Source: Dehalococcoidia bacterium (lineage in GTDB: Bacteria; Chloroflexota; Dehalococcoidia; Plut-88900). From it: a DNA stretch of 64,000 bases. Positions 59,712-64,000 of this stretch are shown here, piece after piece. The notes beneath the pieces were generated by a model. That model was not told where the DNA came from. It did no database searches and worked only from the letters and a program-made list of their open reading frames with translations. The first letter of the stretch is position 1. Every line of letters begins with the position of its first letter. Where the stretch lies: contig OZ240219.1 in assembly GCA_965197645.1 (NCBI GenBank), forward strand, positions 2,272,001-2,336,000, read 5' to 3'. The position numbers and the translations under genes are program-made.

Positions 59712-59812
59712 TCAAAAAGAGACTGCTGGTGATGGGAGTCCTCCGCCGGAGCGAGAGAGTCCCGTCACCGCTCAGGGGAGTCTAATTTACTGAATATACC
59801 GCTGGTCGTCAA
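59712..59812 (-). promoter_or_regulatory. Promoter plus structured 5' leader (long hairpin and U-tract) of the DUF1800 operon
   Basis: TTGACG-17 nt-TAAATT (59812-59784), then stem ggtgacggga..tcccatcacc followed by ctcttttt. Confidence 0.5.
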
Positions 59813-59972
59813 GGTTGATCAGCCCCTTACGCAGATTGAATGGAGCAAAGAAGCCGGGTGGGGAGGAAAAAGCCGGTGAATGCTCGACTTCGCTTTTCGA
59901 GAGGGCGGAACGTACAATACTGTGAGATAATTGGGCCGGAGTGTATTAGGTTTATCTGAAGGAGGGTTAGAA

Positions 59973-61112
59973 ATGGACAACAAGGTGATTTCCGGCGACA
60001 CCCACGTGGACCTAGCTTATCTACCTGAGGACCTCTTCGTCTCCAACGCTTCCTCCGGGTTGAAGGACCTGATGCCACGAGTTGTAGATACGGATAAGGG
60101 GCCGCGGTGGAAGGCGGAAAACGTAGACCTTGGCCGGGTCGGGATGTATACAGAGGAGGACATGAGCCACTTCACCGCCGAGATGATTCACCGTCTCGAG
60201 GCGATGAAGGCGGCAGGATTCCTGGACGACGTCGACAAGGGACACCATCCCACCACTCCTGAGCTGCGCATTGGAGACCAGGACAAAGATGGAGTAGTTG
60301 GAGAGGTGATATACGGGCTATTCAGCATTGCTACCCAGCTCGATAACGCCCAACAGATCGCCGAGGTGTTCCGCATCTACAACGAGTGGATAGCGGACTT
60401 CTGCAATACCCATTCGGACCGGCTGGCAGGGCTCGCCTGTCTGCCGGCCTTCGACGCTGGCGCCGCCGGCGATGAGCTTCGCCGATCAGCTCGGCTGGGT
60501 CTAAAGGGCGGCGAGTTCATGATAGCCGAAGGAGCCAAGCCAGCCTATCACCGCGACTGGGACCATCTGTGGTCGGCCGCTTCGGAAACGGGCCTGCCCA
60601 TCTCCTTCCATACCACAGGCATAACGCCAAAGCTCGTCGATAAGTCGGAAGCCGACAGCTACCGGCAGGTACAGTCCAACATAACCCTTACCATATTCCA
60701 GCTGTCTGGGGCCGAGCTGCTCGCCAGCGTCATCTTCTCCGGGGCGTGCGAGCGGTTCCCCAACTTCAAGTTCGTGCTGGGCGAGTGCGGCGTGAGCTGG
60801 CTGCCCTACGTCCTCGACCGCATGGACCACGAAAGCCAAGGACAAGCGGATTTGAAAATGAGGCCCAGCGAGTACTGGCACCGACAGGGGTACTCCACCT
60901 TCCAGGAAGAGAGCGTGGCCGGCGATCTGGTCCACCTGATTGGAGAGGACACCGTGATCTGGGGCTCCGACTACCCTCACCCCGACGGCGTATGGCCCGA
61001 CTCTCACGCCGTGATAGAGAACAACTTCAAGAATCTAAAGAGCGAGACCGCTCTCAGGAAGATCACCTGCGATAACACCGCCAAGCTCTACGGTTTCCCG
61101 ATGCCCGCCTGA
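59973..61112 (+). CDS. Amidohydrolase family protein (Amidohydro_2)
   Basis: ISGDTH, ISFH, WGSDYPHPDG; start MDNK after AAGGAGG. Confidence 0.92.
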   Translation: MDNKVISGDTHVDLAYLPEDLFVSNASSGLKDLMPRVVDTDKGPRWKAENVDLGRVGMYTEEDMSHFTAEMIHRLEAMKAAGFLDDVDKGHHPTTPELRIGDQDKDGVVGEVIYGLFSIATQLDNAQQIAEVFRIYNEWIADFCNTHSDRLAGLACLPAFDAGAAGDELRRSARLGLKGGEFMIAEGAKPAYHRDWDHLWSAASETGLPISFHTTGITPKLVDKSEADSYRQVQSNITLTIFQLSGAELLASVIFSGACERFPNFKFVLGECGVSWLPYVLDRMDHESQGQADLKMRPSEYWHRQGYSTFQEESVAGDLVHLIGEDTVIWGSDYPHPDGVWPDSHAVIENNFKNLKSETALRKITCDNTAKLYGFPMPA

Positions 61113-61194
61113 GTGGTTGCCGCGTGGCGTTCCTCGCCTTACGGCTTGGCCGGCTCGCTGCTGGGGGAGATTACCTGAAGATTAGGGCGAGTGC

Positions 61195-62343
61195 TCAGCA
61201 GCCCAGCTCCCGGGCGATGACCATCCTCTGTACCTCGGACGTCCCCTCGCCTATGGTCAGCACCTTGGCATCCCTGTAGAACCTGGCCACGGTGCTGTCC
61301 TCTATGAACCCCTGACCCCCGTGGATCTGGACCGCTTCATCCACTACCTTGAGCGCAGCCTCGGTGGAAAACAGCTTGGCGATGGCCGCCTCCTTCTTGT
61401 GGGGTAGCCCCTGGTCTATCAGGGACGCGGCACTGTAGGTCGCCAACCGGGACATATGGACGGATACGGCCATATCGGCCAGCTTGAACTGGATGGCCTG
61501 ATGTTTGCTGAGGAGCTTGCCGAAGGCCTTGCGCTGCTGGGCGTGGGCCAGCGACATCTGCAAACAGGCGTCGGCGAGCCCAACCGCCATCGCCGATATC
61601 GTCACCCTGCCCCCGTCCAGGACAGCCATGAACTGGGCCAAGCCGCGGCCTCGCTCACCCAGCAAGTTCTCCTCGGATACGTGACAGTCCTCCAGGAAAA
61701 GTGGATGGGTATCGGATGCCCGCCACCCTATCTTCTTGTATCCGGGGCCCACCGTCAGGCCCGGCGTGTCCTTGGGCACGACGATGTTGCTTATCTCCTT
61801 CTTGCCGTCCTCGTTCGCTCCCGTGACCGCCGCCACGATTATGAAGTCGGAGATGGAAGTGCCGGAGTTGGTGATATAGCTTTTGGCCCCGTTGATGGTC
61901 CAGTGGCCGTCCGTTAGCTCGGCTCTTGTGGTGATGCCGCGGGCATCGGAGCCGGCGTCGGGTTCGGTCAGGCCGAAAGAACCGAGGGTGTAGCCCTGGA
62001 GCAATGGCGTCAACCATCTGTTTTTCTGGGCATCGGTCCCGAAGCCGCGGAGAAGGGGACCGGACAGGGAGGTGTTCACCTCCACTGTGATGGCCACGGA
62101 AGAATCGACTTTTGACAGCTCTTCCAGCGCTAGAACCAGGGACAGGGTATCTCCGCCGCTGCCGCCGAACTCCGGAGGATAGGTGAGACCGAGAATGCCC
62201 AGCTCGCCCAGCTTGCTCATAACCGAGGGTGGGAACTCTCCCGCCTCATCCCACTGAGCCGAGTAGGGAGCTATCTCCCTGGCGACGAAGTCGCGCACCG
62301 TCCGCTGCACCATCAACTGGTCGTCACTCAGGGTTATACTCAT
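61195..62343 (-). CDS. Acyl-CoA dehydrogenase
   Basis: FGLTEPDAGSD, INGAKSYITN, RKAFGK, AVQIHGGQG, IGEGTSEVQR; start MSIT. Confidence 0.94.
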   Translation of the reverse strand: MSITLSDDQLMVQRTVRDFVAREIAPYSAQWDEAGEFPPSVMSKLGELGILGLTYPPEFGGSGGDTLSLVLALEELSKVDSSVAITVEVNTSLSGPLLRGFGTDAQKNRWLTPLLQGYTLGSFGLTEPDAGSDARGITTRAELTDGHWTINGAKSYITNSGTSISDFIIVAAVTGANEDGKKEISNIVVPKDTPGLTVGPGYKKIGWRASDTHPLFLEDCHVSEENLLGERGRGLAQFMAVLDGGRVTISAMAVGLADACLQMSLAHAQQRKAFGKLLSKHQAIQFKLADMAVSVHMSRLATYSAASLIDQGLPHKKEAAIAKLFSTEAALKVVDEAVQIHGGQGFIEDSTVARFYRDAKVLTIGEGTSEVQRMVIARELGC

Positions 62344-62387
62344 GAGTGCGTCTGCCTTCCCTGTATTAGCGGAACGTCGCCTGGTCT

Positions 62388-63635
62388 CTACAGGACACCC
62401 TCTTCTTTGAGCCGGGTTACCTCTGATGAATCGAGGCCCAGCAGCTTGGTGTAGACCAGATCGTTGTCGTAGCCCAGTCCAACTGAACCCCGCCATATCT
62501 TGCCCGGCGTTTCGGACATCTTGGGAACCACGCCGATGCCCTTGACCTTTCTTCCCAGCTGCACGTCCTCCCACTCGATGTGCATGTCCCGCATCTTGTA
62601 GTGAGGATCTTCGGCCGCGTCTTTGGGCGTCATTATCGGGCAGCACGCTACCTGGGCCGCATTCATGGTCTCTACTATCTCGCCTACGGTGCGATTGCCG
62701 GCCCACGCACGAAGGAGGGAGTCGAACTCTATTCCTTCCGGCGAATCCACCTCTTGATGGGCTTTACGCCACTTTTCCTCCGTCGGGTCGATGCCCAAGA
62801 CCTCGCAGACGCGGTTGTAGGGCGTGCCCACGGCGGCTATGATCACCCATCCGTCCGAGGCTTGAAAAACGTCATAGGGCTGGAACTGTCCCGCCTTGTT
62901 ACCCGATCTACCTCTGACCATTCCCAGCTCGTAGTAGGCCACCATGGTCCCCGCCAGAATCTTGTGGATGGCTTCGTACTGAGCGAGATCGATGACCTGT
63001 CCAACGCCAGTCTTTTGAGCGTAGATGTAGGCTGCTAGGGTGGACCAGAGACAGAAGCCGGCGGTGATGTAGTCCGCCGTCCAGGGCACCGCCCTGACAG
63101 GAGGCTCCGGGTCGGGGAATCCCGTCAGGTGCATCAGTCCGCCAAATCCCTGCCCAATGAAATCGTAGGAGGCCCGTCCCAGGTAGTCCGGATGGCCGGA
63201 CTGACCGTATCCCGAAACGTGGGTAACTACCATTTTGGGGTTGGTCTTCATAACGACGTCGTCAGTTAGCCCCCACTTCTGGTAGGTCCCCGGCTTGGAC
63301 GACTCCATCCAGACATCAGACTGGGATACCAGCTGGAGGAACATCTCCTTGCCCTTGGGCTGGCTCAAGTCCAGGCTGACGTGGAACATGTTGCGCCGCT
63401 CCTGGACCCACCCGCTGGCGGCTGAGACGCCCTCTGGCCCTTCGATGGGGAACTCCAAGTTGCGCCAGACGGCATCGCCGCCCTTTGGCCGCTCTACCTG
63501 GATAACCTCGGCCCCCATCTCGGCGGCCAGTTCCGCGGCAAAAGGCTCAGCGATGATGGTGCCGCTGGAGATGATGCGTATGCCCTGAAGCGGGCCGAAC
63601 TCCTCGGGCACCAGCCTGACCTGATTGGGTTCCAT
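62388..63635 (-). CDS. Family III CoA-transferase, CaiB-like
   Basis: FGPLQGIRII, MGAEVIQVE, RRNMFHVSLDL, HVSGYGQSG, TADY. Confidence 0.9.
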   Translation of the reverse strand: MEPNQVRLVPEEFGPLQGIRIISSGTIIAEPFAAELAAEMGAEVIQVERPKGGDAVWRNLEFPIEGPEGVSAASGWVQERRNMFHVSLDLSQPKGKEMFLQLVSQSDVWMESSKPGTYQKWGLTDDVVMKTNPKMVVTHVSGYGQSGHPDYLGRASYDFIGQGFGGLMHLTGFPDPEPPVRAVPWTADYITAGFCLWSTLAAYIYAQKTGVGQVIDLAQYEAIHKILAGTMVAYYELGMVRGRSGNKAGQFQPYDVFQASDGWVIIAAVGTPYNRVCEVLGIDPTEEKWRKAHQEVDSPEGIEFDSLLRAWAGNRTVGEIVETMNAAQVACCPIMTPKDAAEDPHYKMRDMHIEWEDVQLGRKVKGIGVVPKMSETPGKIWRGSVGLGYDNDLVYTKLLGLDSSEVTRLKEEGVL

Positions 63636-63656
63636 TCTCCTGCTCCTATCCGTTAG

Positions 63657-64000
63657 CTAAGAACGCTCCAGCTCCAATAGGACGGCGCCTTTCCCCACCT
63701 GCTGTCCCTCCTGGCAAGTGATTCGTGCCACCGTGCCCGAGAAGGGGGCCGTTATCAGGTGCTCTATCTTCATGGCCTCCAGCACAACGAGGGTCTGCCG
63801 TGCCGAGACCTGCTCACCCTCCTGAACGCGGATGTCGTCTATCATGCCGGGCATGGGAGCAGTCAACTCTGAGCTGGCCTCGGCATCGGCAGCAGAAGCG
63901 TTTGTCATGAATCCCAGGTCGGGCCGAGGCGGTTCCAGCAGGTAGCTCTTGCCTTCCCAATCTACTCGTAGGCCCTCTTCCTCGGGCGCTACATCAGCGG
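63657..64000 (-). CDS. C-terminal biotinyl domain of an acyl-CoA carboxylase subunit (partial, runs off the window)
   Basis: LTAPMPG, VLEAMKIEH.ITAPFSG; frame is open to the window end. Confidence 0.85.
   Translation of the reverse strand, partial: ADVAPEEEGLRVDWEGKSYLLEPPRPDLGFMTNASAADAEASSELTAPMPGMIDDIRVQEGEQVSARQTLVVLEAMKIEHLITAPFSGTVARITCQEGQQVGKGAVLLELERS

Noticed and set aside
59726-59783. Plus-strand ggtgatgggagt resembling the start of a fluoride riboswitch, and ctcagg resembling a glycine riboswitch
   Set aside because: The remaining consensus elements are absent and the sequence is explained as one arm of the long hairpin.
62344-62706. N-terminal extension of the acyl-CoA dehydrogenase (similar extensions at 38445-38567, 14119-14241, 42455-42550)
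   Set aside because: They overlap other genes or intergenic DNA and lack family similarity; downstream starts match the family N-termini.
1-64000. tRNA, rRNA, CRISPR arrays, transposases or integrases
   Set aside because: None recognised by eye; a tRNAscan-SE and Infernal run would be needed to exclude small RNAs fully.

Overview
About 60% GC bacterial DNA densely packed with catabolic and uptake genes: seven Amidohydro_2-type hydrolases, three further amidohydrolase-superfamily enzymes, four family-5 (Dpp/Opp) lipoprotein solute-binding proteins, two permease pairs with no ATPase, three luciferase-like (LLM) oxidoreductases, a Baeyer-Villiger monooxygenase, a dimethylformamidase large-subunit homolog, an amidase with an AtzG/GatC-like partner, a DMSO-reductase-family Mo enzyme with an FeS-NrfD fusion and TauE, CoA-transferases, and a DUF1800/NHL/DUF1501/BNR operon. 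This paralog profile suggests Chloroflexota (SAR202/Dehalococcoidia-like), which is an inference. No rRNA, tRNA, CRISPR, integrase or transposase was seen. Main observations: (1) a hidden selenocysteine peroxiredoxin-like gene, with in-frame TGA at the peroxidatic position followed by a SECIS-like hairpin (41103-41564); (2) an ABC permease with a seven-repeat Asp-box beta-propeller inserted in its extracytoplasmic loop; (3) a low-GC two-gene island (wHTH-like plus HEPN-motif protein) that may be an uncharacterised defence or toxin-antitoxin module; (4) a single-chain triple-Rid protein; (5) a frameshifted DppC and a decayed DppC relic; (6) a promoter-proximal hairpin leader ahead of the DUF1800 operon, plus MITE/REP-like repeats.
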